Part shown: one piece after another, positions 40,330 to 53,430 of the stretch | How positions within the stretch are numbered: position 1 is the first letter of the stretch | Layout: each line of letters starts with the position of its first letter | Source: Octopus sinensis | Taxonomy: Eukaryota | NCBI RefSeq assembly: GCF_006345805.1 | Contig: NC_043011.1 | Coordinates: forward strand, 49,054,464 to 49,118,463 | Direction: 5' to 3' | DNA length: 64,000 nucleotides | Translations under genes and position numbers: made by a program | Notes under the pieces: generated by a model | Seen by the model: the letters and a program-made list of their open reading frames with translations, nothing else | Database searches by the model: none | Told to the model about the DNA's origin: nothing

Positions 40330-41243
40330 ACAGACTTGTGCATCTTGGTGTTGACATATGTTCCTTGCTTTTCCTGATGAGAAAGTGGCATAATATACTC
40401 CTTATTCCTTCACAATTAGGAATATGCAGCCTTCGAAACATATGTTGAAATAAAGGAATTTTGTTATTCGTCGTTCAACTCCATTCTTTCATATATTTAT
40501 ATTTAAAAAAAAAAAACACACAATTTCCACAAGAAAGCACGTAACTTCAACGTGTCTTCTCTGATGTGAATTTGCTACCCAGGTATCGGTTAACCGAATT
40601 ATCCATAATAAGATAATTCATTCATTCACTACTCAATATATATATATATATTATATATATATACACACACACACACACCACACACACGTTTGTTGTATTT
40701 CGGGAAGGTTGTATTTATTTTTTTTTTACCAAATAAACACACAATATATATTTGTTCTTCACTCGTTTATTACTGTTCTCTTTTTTTATTTTTTAACTCA
40801 TGTCCATTGTCCGAAAATCTTTCATCACACATCTGTGACCACTTCAGTAACACTGTTCATTTTTGTGTGTGCTCTTGCTCCACTTATTACATTCAACACA
40901 TGATTTCACATCAGGAATCTTGCAACACAAATTCATAAACATATATATATGTCTAAGTCTGTATGGAAAGAGCTTGTTCTTTCCTAGGATAAACTTTATC
41001 CAAGCATACACCAGTTTAGCTCTGTATCAATTAACAAAATTTGAAATGTTGCACATGCATATGTAATAGTGTTTATCACCGATTCTTCTTCAATATTAGT
41101 ACCTTACACTTCTGAAATTCCAGCTGTCACTATAAAGGTTTCCACCATTTTCGATATAGGAGAAAAAATTTTAATGCTATAAAGAAAATGGAACATACAT
41201 ACATAGGATAATCAATTTATTTACTATCATAGTCAATTCATAT

Positions 41244-41338
41244 TGCCTACACAGCGTTTCGGTTAATTGCTCCCATCCATATTTACACATTTAAAGTGCA
41301 TTATAAAATTGAAAAAAAGCAAAAACCTCTTCAGGGCA
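41244..41338 (-). ncRNA. Type-I hammerhead ribozyme with canonical core (family H4)
   Basis: UGCC-CUGAAGA-GGUU-[59-nt loop]-AACC-GAAA-CGCUGUG-UA-GGCA. Stem I is 4 bp, stem II is 4 bp with G10.1-C11.1, stem III is the near-palindrome ACGC-U-GUGU, and the triplet is GUA. Confidence 0.75.
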
Positions 41339-41685
41339 GATTGACTGAAATTTTTCACATCCTAATGAATGGAGAGTTTATTCCACTTGAATTGTAGTCT
41401 GTGCATCTTGGATTCTGTTCTAAACATCGCCAAAGATTGGTTTTACGCATACTGGACAAGGGATAGGCATATTTCAGAAGAACTACATCATGTTACTATT
41501 CACCCTTTTGGTAGTGCTGATCAGCTGTTTAGAAGCTAGCCACTACCTTCCAACCTATTCAGTATGTCCATAATACATTCCTTACTTCCTTATTCCACCT
41601 TTTTTTATTAAATTATTAAATATAAAGGCTTACAAGCCTGCCTCTACCATTAGTACTATTTGCCATGTCCATAATATACTCTTCA

Positions 41686-42066
41686 GTGGAAGCGCAATGG
41701 CCCAGTGGTTAGGGCAGCGGACTCACGGTCGTAGGATCGTGGTTTCGATTCCCAGACCGGGCGTTGTGAGTGCTTATTGAGCGAAAACACCTAAAAGCTC
41801 CACGAGGCTCTGGCAGGGGATGGTGGTGATCCCTACTGTACTCTTTCACCACGACTTTCTCTCACTCTTACTTCCTGTTTCTGTTGTACCTGTATTTCAA
41901 ATGGCCGGCCTTGTCACTCTCTGTGTCACGCTGAATATCCCCGAGAACTACGTTAAGGGTACATGTGTCTGTGGAGTGCTCAGCCACTTACACGTTAATT
42001 TCACGAGCAGGCTGTTCAGTTGATCGGATCAACTGGAACCCTCGTCGTCGTAACCGAAGGAGTGCT
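41686..42066 (+). mobile_element. Full-length family B SINE
   Basis: tRNA head TGGCCCAGTGG...GGTTTCGATTCC; the tail ends CCTCGTCGTCGTAACC. Confidence 0.85.
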
Positions 42067-42179
42067 TCCTGTCCAATACATTCTTCTATGCTCTTATTTT
42101 TGATAACATCAATCTAGGTCTGTACTCAGTTGCTACTTTTACTTATTTGCTTATTCCCTTATTTTTTATAAAGTTTATA

Positions 42180-42305
42180 TCAGTTCCAGGTTCCTTACCA
42201 ATGCGTGGCACCTTGGTTAAGTGTCTTCTACTATAACCTCAGGTTGACCAAAGCCTTGTGAGAGGATTTAGTAGACGGAAACTGAAAGAAGCCATCGAAT
42301 ATATG

Positions 42306-42340
<35 letters not shown>

Positions 42341-42757
42341 CGTGTGTGTGTGTATGTTTGTGTGTCTGTGTTTGTCCCCACCAACATCGCTTGACAACCT
42401 ATCTCTTTACTACCCACAAGGGGCTAAACACAGAGGGGACAAACAAGGACAGACATAGGTATTAAGTCGATTACATCGACCCCAGTGCGTAACTGGTACT
42501 TAATTTATCGACTCCGAAAGGATGAAAGACAAAGTGGACCTTGGCTGAATTTGAACTCACAACGTAGTGGCAGACGAAATACCGCAAGTCAACCGATGCT
42601 GGTGTGCTTACGTCCCCGTATCTTAGCGGTTCAGCAAAAGAGACTGATAGAATAAGTACTAGGCTTACAAAGAATAAGTCCTGGGGTCGATTTGTTCAAC
42701 TAAAGGTGGTGCTCCAGCATTGCCGCAGTCAAATGACTGAAACGAGTAAAAGAGTAA
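42180..42757 (+). mobile_element. Family A SINE interrupted by a minus-strand family C SINE (about 42400-42585)
   Basis: The family A tail breaks at ...TTGACAACC and resumes at CAACCGATGCTGG; the insert is the reverse complement of the family seen at 49940-50330. Confidence 0.8.
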
Positions 42758-42819
42758 GAGTTACTATTAATATATGTATTTATTTTGATATCGAAATAAA
42801 TATCAATGGAAATAGTAGT

Positions 42820-43290
42820 TGTGATACCTGTGCCGGTGGCACATAAAAAGCACCATCCGTACGTGGCCGTTGCCAGTGCCGCCTCGACTGGCTTCTGTGC
42901 CGGTGGCACATAAAAAGCACCATCCGAACGTGGCCGTTGCCAGCGCCTCCCCAACTGGCTTCTGTGCCGGTGGCACATAAAAAGCACCATCCGAACGTGG
43001 CCATTGCCAGCGCCGCCTTGGCTGGCTTCCATGCCGGTGGCACGTTAAAAACTCCAACTGATCGTGGCTGATGCCGGACCCCCCTGGCACCTGTGCAGGT
43101 GGCACATAAAAAGCACCCACTACACTCGCAGAGTGGTTGGCGTTAGGAAGGGCATCCAGCTGTAGAAACTCTGCCAGATCAGACTGGAGCCTGGTGCAGC
43201 CACTGGCTTCCCAGACCCCGGTCGAACCGTCCAACCCGTGCTAGCGCGGAAAACGGAGGTTATACGATGATGATGATGATGATGATGATG
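42820..43290 (+). mobile_element. Family D element with four 67-bp internal tandem units and a (GAT)n tail
   Basis: TGTGCCGGTGGCACATAAAAAGCACC units start at 42829, 42896, 42963 and 43030. Confidence 0.85.
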
Positions 43291-43577
43291 ATTACTTGAT
43301 AGTTTCGGTTCTTACATATATTTGTCTAATTTAATTTATAATATAGAAGTGTGCTTCCTAGGTATCATATACACAGTGTTTATTTTTGACCGGAACTATT
43401 TAAATTTATTGAAAGTATATTTAACCTTAAGAACTATTCCTAGATATTACCAAGTATTATTCACACTGTGATAATTTAATCATGTCTATTTTTAATCTAT
43501 TGAATGTTATTTAACTTTATAAACACAACAGAGACCTCCTCCCCTTTTGTTGTTGATAAATTGATGTCTGTGTGTAC

Positions 43578-43611
<34 letters not shown>

Positions 43612-43644
43612 TTAAAGGGAGACAGAAAATAGAAGATATACTCT

Positions 43645-44062
43645 TTAACTCTTTTACTTGTTTCAGTCATTTGACTGTGGCCATGCTGGAAGCACCGCCT
43701 TTAGTCAAGCAAATCGACCCCCAGGACTTATTCTTTGTAAGCCTAGTACTTATTCAATTGGTCTCTTTTGCCAAACCACTAAGTTACGGAGACGCAAACA
43801 CACCAGCATCGGTTGTTGAGCGATGTCGGGTGTACAAACACAGATACACAAACACACACACACACACAATATATATATATATATACATACATATATATGA
43901 CGGGCTTTTTCCAGTTCCCGTCTACCAACTCCACTCAGAAGGCTTTGGTCAGCCCGAGGCTATAGTAGAAGATACTTACCCAAGGTGCCACGCAGTAGGA
44001 TTGAACCCGGAACCATGTGGCTGGTAAGTAAGCTACTGACCACACAGCCACTGCTGCACCTA
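43645..44062 (-). mobile_element. Full-length family A SINE
   Basis: Reverse complement of the family consensus. Confidence 0.85.
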
Positions 44063-44332
44063 TGAGAAAGTTTATTGATCACTGAACCTTGTAATCACCT
44101 GAGGAGACACCTCTACACTGACAGAGATGTTGAGTATCCCACCTATGAGAGATCAATGCTGGATGGATGAAAACCTCTGTATTGATCAATAAATTTCCTT
44201 GTATCTTCCATCTTCTGTTTTTCCCATTAATCAAATACCTAACGAACACTGAGAAAGTGAACATGCGTTACAGGTAAACTACCAGGTGTATACCATACAA
44301 TTTATTACCTACTAAATACACACACATATAAC

Positions 44333-44377
<45 letters not shown>

Positions 44378-45865
44378 GCATATGTATATATATATATATA
44401 TATATATACATACATACGTACATACACACACACATATAAAGAGAGAGAGGATGAAGGAGAGTCAGTAGTGTGGCTGTGTGATAAGAAGTTTGTATCCCGA
44501 CCACATGGTTCTAGGTTCAGTCCCACTGTGTGGTGCAATGGATAAGTGTCTTCTACTATAGCCTTAAGCTAGCCAAAGCCTTGTAAGTTGATTTGGTTGA
44601 CAGAAACTGAAAGAAGCCCATTATATATATATGTGTGTGTATATGTATATGTGTGTATGTGTATTCTCATATACATGTGTGTGTATGTGAGTGTATGGGT
44701 GTGTGAGGGTCTCCTTGCCTTGAAATCACATGATAGCTGTAAATGAGTGTTGCTGTCATGGAAACAGTGTTCTTCATTTCCAACATCTTGTGAAAACACA
44801 AAGAAATCTGCCTCAATAAATTCTGTCCAAACCATTCAAGCATGGAAAAGTGGACATTAAACAAAAACGATGAGGACGATATTATACATATATACATATA
44901 TAGGCGTAGGAATGGGTGTGTAGATAGGCGTCGGAGTGGCTGTGTGGTAAGTAGCTTGCTTACAAACCACATGATCCGAGTTCAGCCCCACTGTGTGGCA
45001 CCTTGGGAAAGTGTCTTCTACTATAGCCCCGGGCTGACCAAAGTCTTGTGAGTGGATTTGTAGACAGAAACTGAAAGAAGCCATCGTATATATTGGTGTA
45101 TTATTTAAAAATATATATATATATATATATTATATTATATATATAATATATATATATATATATTATATATATATATGTATATATATTATATATAATATAT
45201 ATATATAATATATAATATATACAATATATAGATGTATATGTATGTGTGTGTATATGTTGTGTGTGTCTGTGTTTGTCCCCCCAACATTGCTTGAGAACCA
45301 ATGCTGGTGTGTTTACATCCCCATAACTTAGCGGTTTGGCAAAAAAGGTCGATTGAATAAGTACTAGGCTTACTCTGGTCAATTTGCTCGACTACATGCA
45401 GTGCTCCAGCATGGCCACAGTCAAATGACTGAAACAAGTAAAAGAGTATATATTATGGACACTGCTGTTGCAGATGACATATGAACGTTCAGCTTTTGCT
45501 GAGTGACCTGCACAAGTGATTTGTTTACAATGATCAAATGTATGGGCTGTACATTAGCTCACTTCCTTCCATCAAATTGATGCTGTCTGATCCAGTGCAC
45601 TGTGCACAACACGTCATGTGTAAAAGTGACCACAGCTCAATGTAAGGTGAAGAGTTTTGCTTAAGAACACAACACACCACATGGTGTAGAAAATGACACC
45701 ATGATCTCATGATTGTGAGTGCAGCCCCTTACCTTCAATGCCATGCGTTCTTAAATACAAATATCCATACATATATATATATATAAACATGAAAACACAA
45801 CAGCGCGAGGACGTGGAACAAGTATAGTGTTATTGGATGCTCAGGAAAGAAAAGAAAGAAGGAGG

Positions 45866-45900
45866 ATTTAACATTTCGAGCAGAGTTCTTCATCAGAAAC
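45866..45900 (-). ncRNA. Minimal type-I hammerhead motif (family H5)
   Basis: GUUU-CUGAUGA-A-GAAC-UCU-GCUC-GAAA-U-GUU-AAAU. Core intact, one mismatch in stem II, loop-less stem III (ACGU palindrome if the TG is a decayed CG). Lies within a ~150-bp element between TA runs (45790-45940). Confidence 0.6.
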
Positions 45901-45997
45901 ATAGGAAAAGGAAAGATCCAAGGAAAGGAAGACGGAGATATATATTAATAGTAATGGTATGACAACAAAAGAATGAATTATATAAATAGAGGAATTT

Positions 45998-46189
45998 ATC
46001 TGTAAAGTAATATGTGACAATTATTTGGTTGCCATATTAAAACTCTGCGTTTCGGATGTTGGGGTAGAAATTTGCTGCAGCAGCTCTCATCAGAACTGAC
46101 AAGATTCCGGAGCAGATTTCAACCCCAACATCCGAAACTCAAAGTTTTCTTATGGCAACCGAATAATTGTCACATATCATATTACAGAT
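45998..46189. repeat. Imperfect inverted duplication of a family H2 terminus
   Basis: Arms 45998-46076 and 46111-46189. The upstream flank AAATAGAGGAATTTATC is shared with 3581-3597. Decayed hammerhead at 46092-46150 (AGAA-CUGACAA...GAAA-CUCAAAGU-U-UUCU). Confidence 0.8.
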
Positions 46190-46194
46190 ATATA

Positions 46195-46560
46195 TCTTTA
46201 TATATAAAAAGTCAAGTTGTGTGTCTGTCTCCTACGATTTAGATTCCTAACTACTCCCACATTTTGCGGTGCAGTTTAGTCGTGATTCATATCGAGCATT
46301 TCTGGGTATTAGCATGCGTCTATGATGAGTCTACGATTTAAAAAAATTTACCATCATTTTTTTCCATTTTAATGCATTTTTTTCGCTATTATATAAGGAA
46401 AGTAACTCTCTAAAAATGTCTACGATGAGTCAACGTTTTTTAAAATAATTTACCATCATTTTTTTTCCATTTTTAATGCATTTTTTGGCTATAACTCTCT
46501 AAAAATGCTTATATAGTTATTTCCCTTACAAACCCGAGCAACGCCGGGCGATACTGCTAG
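46195..46560 (+). mobile_element. Non-autonomous Helitron (366 bp)
   Basis: A|TC start, subterminal hairpin CCCGAGCAACGCCGGG (46533-46548), CTAG|T end, no TSD. Confidence 0.85.
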
Positions 46561-47499
46561 TATATATATAAAGTTCATTTAGAGATGAAAATAAAAGATT
46601 CGAAACAAGTCTAAATAAATTCATCTGAACTATCAAAGACTGAAACAAAAAGTTTTCTATCACATGGGAGAAAGAATCAGACAGGCAGACAAGTAGACAG
46701 ACAGACAGACATGTCATATGAAATAATTGGAGCATAACAGGGAAATGTCCATTAGTTTCAGTCCATGAGTACTTACACTCTTACTTCTGATTGCGGTAGG
46801 CAACCTTCCACCATTCCTCACAGAGGACACACACACACACATATACATATATATACATTCACATACATACACCTACACACCTCTCCCCACCCGCCTTCTT
46901 CTCCTTCCACACACATGCATACGGACAGACATACAGACAGACATACAGACAGACATACATACAGACATACAGACAGACACTTTTTGAAAAAATTTCCTTT
47001 CACTTTATCACACCAACGTTTTAAAATTATTTTATTTGTTTACGTAGAGAGAGATGGTTGTTATTGTTGTTATTGTTATTGTTGTTCATGTTGTTGTTGT
47101 TGTTGTTGTGCTTTCCTTTTGTCCAATTTGGATAAACGAAGATTGACAGACAGCTTTTATAAACAAAGCTTTATTTTTTTCTCAGAATATTCCGGAAAGA
47201 AAGAAAGAAAGAAAAAAAGTGGTGGTTTGTAGATAGGGGTGGTCAGGCAGGATTTCAGGTAGGTAGATAGATAGGAAGGTAGAGTGAAACACAAAAGAAA
47301 AAACGAAAGTAGAAAATTTTTAAATAAATAAATAAAAAAAGGTTTTTTGGCTTTTTTTTTTTTTTAATCATGACAGCATTCAAAAATTAAAAAAACAACA
47401 AAAACTGTTTAATCTTTCTACTTGTCAGTGAGAAAATGAGCTTAAGAAAACTCCAGTGAAAAGATTCTTGAGTAAGAAACAAAATATTTATCTTAAATA

Positions 47500-47703
47500 A
47501 AAAGAAAGAGAGGGGGCAGGGAGAGGGAGAAAGAGAGAGAGAGAGAAAGGGGAAAAAAGTGAGAGAGGGATAAAGAGAGAGAGAGAGAAAGGAGCAAAAA
47601 AGTGAGAGAGGGATAAGAGAGAGAGAGAGAGAGAGAAAGGGGGAAAAAGTGAGAGAGGGATAAAGAGAGAGAGAGAAAGGGGGAAAAAGTGAGAGAGGGA
47701 TAA

Positions 47704-47738
<35 letters not shown>

Positions 47739-48045
47739 AAGAGAGAGAGAGAAAGAGAGAGAGAGAAAGAGAGAGAGAGAGAAAGGGGGAAAAAGTGAGA
47801 GAGGGATAAAGAGAGAGAGAGAAAGAGAGAGAGAGGGCAAGGAGGAAAAAAGAGAGTATGAGAGAGAAGAAAAAGAGGAGAGAGAGACTAAGAGAATGAG
47901 AGAGAGAGAGGGGTGAGGGGTGAGGGGAAAAGGAGAGAGAGGGCAAGGAGGAAACAAAAGAGACTGGGAGAAAGACAGACTAAGAAAGAGAGAGAATGAG
48001 AGAGGAGGAAAGCATGGTGAGAGAGCAAGAGAGAGAGAGAGAGAT
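47500..48045. repeat. GA-rich compound repeat
   Basis: Units GAAAGGGGGAAAAAGTGAGAGAGGGATAAAGAGAGA interleaved with (GA)n. Confidence 0.9.
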
Positions 48046-48229
48046 TGAAACTGATTAAAAGTGAGAGCTTTTAATTACTAATTAAAAAAAATAAACAATT
48101 GCTCTTTCATGTAGGAAGAGAAGATAAATTTGGAAACTATCTTACATTTCTTTCTCACTTTTTAGTGAAATACATAAAATGGAAAAGAAAAAAGTTTTCT
48201 CCAATTTTTGATAAAAAAAAAAAAATTCC

Positions 48230-48780
48230 TAGGTGCAGGAGTGGCTGTGTGGTAAGTAGCTTGCTTACTAACTACATGGTTCCGGGTTCAGTCCCACTGC
48301 GTGGCACCTTGGGTAAGTGTCTTCTACTATAGCCCCGGGCCAACTAAAGCCTTGTGAGTGGATTTGGTAGACAGAAACTGAGAGAAACCTGTCGTATATA
48401 TATATATTTCTTTACTACCCACAAAGGGCTAAACACAGATGAGACAAACAGGACAGAGAAAGGGATTAAGTCGATTACATCGACCCCAGTGCGTAACTGG
48501 TACTTAATTTATCGACTCTGAAAGGATGAAAGGCAAAGTCGACCTCGGCGGAATTTGAACTCGTAACGGCAGACGAAATACGGCTACATATTTCGCCCGG
48601 CGTGCTAACGTTTCTGCCAGCTCGCCGCCTGTCGTATATATATGTGTGTGTGTGTGTGTGTGTGCAAGCGCACGTGTGTGTTTGTTCATGTGTCTGTGTT
48701 TGTTCCCCCAACCAATGCTTGTGTGCTTATGTCGCTGCAACTTAGCAGTTCAGCAAAAGAGACTGATAGAATAAGTACTG
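48230..48780 (+). mobile_element. Family A SINE carrying a full-length minus-strand family C SINE (48408-48627) with a 16-bp TSD
   Basis: CCTGTCGTATATATAT occurs at 48388-48403 and 48628-48643. Confidence 0.85.
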
Positions 48781-49939
48781 GCAGAGTCGTTAGCACACTG
48801 GGCAACATTATTTGTGGCATTTCATCCATCTTAACGTTCTGAGTTCAAATTCTGCCAAAGTCATGTTTGCTTTTCATCCTTTCAGGGCCAAGAAAATAAA
48901 TCCTGGGGTCGATTCACTCGACTAAAAACAGTGTTCCAGCATGGCCATAGTCAAATAACTGAAACAAGTTTAAAAAAATTTTTAAATAACATCTGATTGG
49001 CTGGTTGGTTGGTTGGTTGGTTGTTAAAGATGGAAATTTGGTTTATCCACCTTTATAGGTACCTGTGTGATGTTGCTACCTTAATTTGGTTTGGGAGCAA
49101 TGACCAAGACCTTTGGCAATATGTTGTGCTTAAGAAGATCAAAATCACAGCTGTAGTAGATACCGGTGTCATGCAAATGGCACCCATGCCGGTGGCACAT
49201 AACAGCATCCATTACACTCTTGGAGTGGTTGGCGTTAGAAAGAGCATCCAGCAGTAGAAAACCATGCTAAATCAGACCTAAACACACAAGCATCGGTTGT
49301 CAAGCGATGTTGGGGGGCCAAACACAGACAAAACAAACACACATACATATATACATATATATGACAGGCTTGCTTCAGTTTCCATCCACCAAATCCACTC
49401 AGAAGGCTTTGGTTGGCCCGAGGCTATAGTATAAGACATTTGCCTAAGGTTCCACACTGTGGGACTAAACCCGGAATCATGTGCTTTGTAAGCAAGCTAC
49501 TTACCACACAGCCACTCCTATGCCTATGCATGTATTTATATATATATATACCTACATTTATGCACATTCACACACACACTTATATATAAACACATATATA
49601 TCTTAGTTTATTTTCTCAATTCCATTATCATCAGGAAGATATTTACACAGTTCTAAATTATATTACAAGATATCAATTATTAACAAATCACTTTTGTGTA
49701 AATTTATCTCAGGTTAAGATTAATTAAGACGTGTGATATCACACACATGCTTGTCTATTATCTTCCTACCTGTCTTCCTACCTACCAACATATAAAGTAT
49801 ATGGTTTTGCTTCTGAACTCAACTGATGTAGTTTTAGGTTCAGCCTCACTGAGCAGCACCTTGGGCATGTGACTTGCATTATACAACCCTGGGCTGACCA
49901 ATGCCTTGTGAGTAGATTTGGTAGACAGAAACTGAAAGG

Positions 49940-50330
49940 GCAGTGAGCTGGCAGAAACATTAGTACGCCGGATGAAATGCTTAGCGGTATTTCGTCTGCC
50001 GCTATGTTCTGAGTTCAAATTTTGTCGAGGTTGACTTTGCCTTTCATCCTTTCGGGGTTGATTAAATAAGTACCAGTTATTCATTGGGGTCGATGTAATC
50101 GACTTAATCCGTTTGTCTGTCCTTGTTTATTCTCTCTGTGTTTAGCCCCTTGTGGGTAGTAAAGAGATAGGTATTTTGTCCACCACTACGTTCTGAGTCC
50201 AAATTTCGTCGAGGTCGACTTTGCTTTCAGACTTTGGGGGGTCGATAAATAAAATACCAGTTACACACTGGGGTCGATGTAATCGACTTAATCCCTTTGT
50301 TTGTCCCCTCTATGTTTAGCCCCTTGTGGG
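49940..50330 (+). mobile_element. Two tandem family C SINEs (Meta-domain-like core)
   Basis: GACTTTGCCTTTCATCCTTTCGGGGTTGATTAAATAAGTACC core and GGGGTCGATGTAATCGACTT tail occur twice. Confidence 0.8.
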
Positions 50331-52904
50331 CAATAAGAAATAAGAAACTGTAAGAAGCCAACTCTGTGTGTGTGTGTGTGTGTGTCTGTGAGTATGTGTG
50401 TATGTTTGTTTGTGTGTACCTTTGTCTTGACATTATGTGACGGTTGTAAATGAGCATCACTGTTATACAAGCAGTGTTATGTCCAGTCTTCTGTGAATAA
50501 ACATGTCTGGCAAAGTATTATGTTTTGTTTTTTCAGCAATGGGTGAAGGTTTGTGACAGGAAGGGTGTCGATCTGTAGAAAAATCTTCCTCCAGGCATCC
50601 ACACCAACACTCGTTGCCAAGTGGTGATGTTGGAGGAAAACAGACACAAAGGGATGCACACATTGATATACGCTGTGGGGCAGTTAACTCCCCTGTCAGT
50701 ACATAGACTTGTGCTATGTTGGTGGCTTTAAGGGTCTTTGGTCAGTAAGTGTTTTTTCCTTTTTGCTTCTGTCTAGAAATTAAAGGAAATGACTGCCATT
50801 CCCTTCACACTTTGCCTTTGTGACCTGGACATCAATGTTTTGAAACTGACCTATTTTCCATTACATTTCAGACTGATTCTGTACTGAGCTGCTGAAGCGG
50901 AAATATCATTATAACAAATATTCTGCTCTATACCACAGATGTGCCTGTCGGTTGCTTGACATTAAGCATGTCCCTTAGTGGCTGACAATATGTGCATCTC
51001 TGTGTTGGGAAGGATTCTTTGGGGTTTGATTAAATGTAAAAAAATACAAAGTCTGAAGGAGATATTAACCATTTTTCATAATCTTTAGGGGTAAACAAAT
51101 AGGAAATAGCAGTTTACTAACCACAAACAACAACAACAAAAAAAAGTGTTACTCAGTGTTATAAATCTACTTCGACTTAATCAGGACTGACCCAGGGCTA
51201 AACAACTATACTATAATAACAAAAAAAAAAAAGAAAAAGGAAAATGATCAAATGAGAGACTTTCCAAGGTGGTTGTTCAATTTACTAGAAATAGCAATAA
51301 AATTTCCCCTCCAGCCTTCTCTTAACTGACTTAAAAAGGAAGAAAAATATATTGATTTAAACGGAAGCTTACTGAAGACTTCTCCCTGGATTCCTAGTCA
51401 AAAATAAATCTCTTTAGACATGTTGCAGTTTGTGCATCTTCTTAACCAAAGAAAAAAGAAAAAAAAAAAAGGAAGATATTTATTGCTGAACTTAAGCAAT
51501 GTTCCTGACATTTTAAACGAGTGACTGATCTATGTGGATATAGTGTTTGGGCTTTTTTTTCTTTTCTTTTTTTTTTTTTGTGTGTTTCTTAAACATTTTA
51601 CTTATTTATTTCTGCCTTTGAGACAAATTAACTGTACATCTAGAAAGAAACAGTTCAAGGAAATTGGAAAATAAAATATTGCAGCAATTAAATTATTGAT
51701 TTAGGTTTAACAAAAAAATAAATAAATAAATAAATAAAAACAAAAATGAAAGAAATAAGAAAAAAAAATCAATCATTTATCATCAACTATTCCAGTTATC
51801 ATCACCATCACGGTCATGATCATCATCATCACTGTCATCATTGTCAACAATATCATATCATCATCATCGTCATCATCATCATCATCATCAACAAGTCATC
51901 ACCATCATCATCATCATTGTTATCATCTTCATCAACATTGTTATCATCATCATCATCATTATCATTGATGACATCATTCCCAGTGGTATCATTGTCATCA
52001 TCTTCCTCATCATCAACAACATTGCCCTCAACATCATCGTCAACAACATCATCCTCACTTTGCCTTTCATCCTTTCGGGGTCAATAAATTAAGTACCTGT
52101 TGCATACTGGGGTCGATCTAATCGACTGGCCCCTCTCCCCTCCCAAAATTTCAGGTCTTGTGCCTATAATAGAAAGGATTGTTATCGAAATTATTATCAT
52201 TACCATTGATGTCATCATCATCATCATCATCATCAGTGATAGCAGCATCAACATTATCATCATCATAGTCATCAACATTGTTGTTATCAGCATCAATATC
52301 ATCATCATCATTCAAATTATCATTGCCTTCATCATCATTGTTGTTGCTGTTATTAACATCATCATCCTTGATGTCGTCATCATCATCTCCATCATCTTCA
52401 TCATCATCATTATCAATATCATTTTGACATTCACTTCTCCAAACGTGTGGGTTGAACAGGTTTGCTGCACACTCCATGATATACAGCCTAAAAATCAACA
52501 AAGGTGCTGTGACAAGCCAACAAAATACTTATTAGATTTTTGGTGTTGCCATTGTTGTTGTTGTTGTTGGTTTCCGTAATATATTGCATTCATTTGTGAA
52601 GTATAGCCTTGTGGGATATCTGCACTCAAATAAAATTCAAACAGGTCAATCACCAGTTTATTGCAAATCTAATCGCAAAATGTGACAAGGGGTGTTTTTG
52701 TGCAATCAGTCTTTGAAAGGTTGTATCTTGTCAGGTACGTTGGCAGGTTCTGGATGTTTGTTCTATATTTTGATAAATATACAGAATTCCTGCTGCTTAC
52801 AGTGGTAAGTTTTATTGATTTTAGCTGTCTGAGATGAATACAATTATATGATCATTCAGTTTGTGACCAAATGCCCTTAAATTTCACTGTAACATCTAAA
52901 TCAA

Positions 52905-53430
52905 AATCAAATTCGATGACTGGCATCCGTGCTAGCAGGGTGCAAAGAGCACCATATGAGTGTGATCATTGACAGAGCGGCTAACTGGCTTCCGTGCCAG
53001 TTGCACATAAAAGGCACCATTCAAGTGTGATCGTTACCAGCGTCGCCTTACTGGCACTTGTGCCCATGCTAGTAGGGTACCAAGAGCACCATCCGAACAT
53101 GATCGTTGCCAGAGCGGCTAACTGGCTTCTGTGCTGGTGGCACGTAAAAGGGAACCATTCGAGCGTGATCATTACCAGGGTTGCCTTACTGGCACCTGTG
53201 CCAGTAGCATGTGTAAAAAGATTCAAGCGAGGTCATTTCCAGTACCACCTGACTGGCCCCCGTGCCGGTGGAACGTAAAAAGCACCCACTACACTCTCGG
53301 AGTTGTTGGCGTTAGGAAGGGCATCCAGCTATAGAAACTCTGCCAGATCAAGATTGGAGCCTGGTGCAGCCATCTGGTTGCCAGCCCTCAGTCAAAAGCG
53401 TCCAACCCATGCTAGCATGGAAAGCTGCTG
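52905..53430 (+). mobile_element. Family D element, variant internal repeats
   Basis: Repeated GTGGCAC(A/G)TAAAA..CACCAT units followed by the RTE-type 3' end. Confidence 0.8.

Noticed and set aside
42829-43100. Regularly spaced palindromic repeats suggesting a CRISPR array; GGTGCTTTTT resembling a tracrRNA end
   Set aside because: The spacers are homologous to each other, there are no cas genes, the context is eukaryotic, and the array lies inside a dispersed retro-element.
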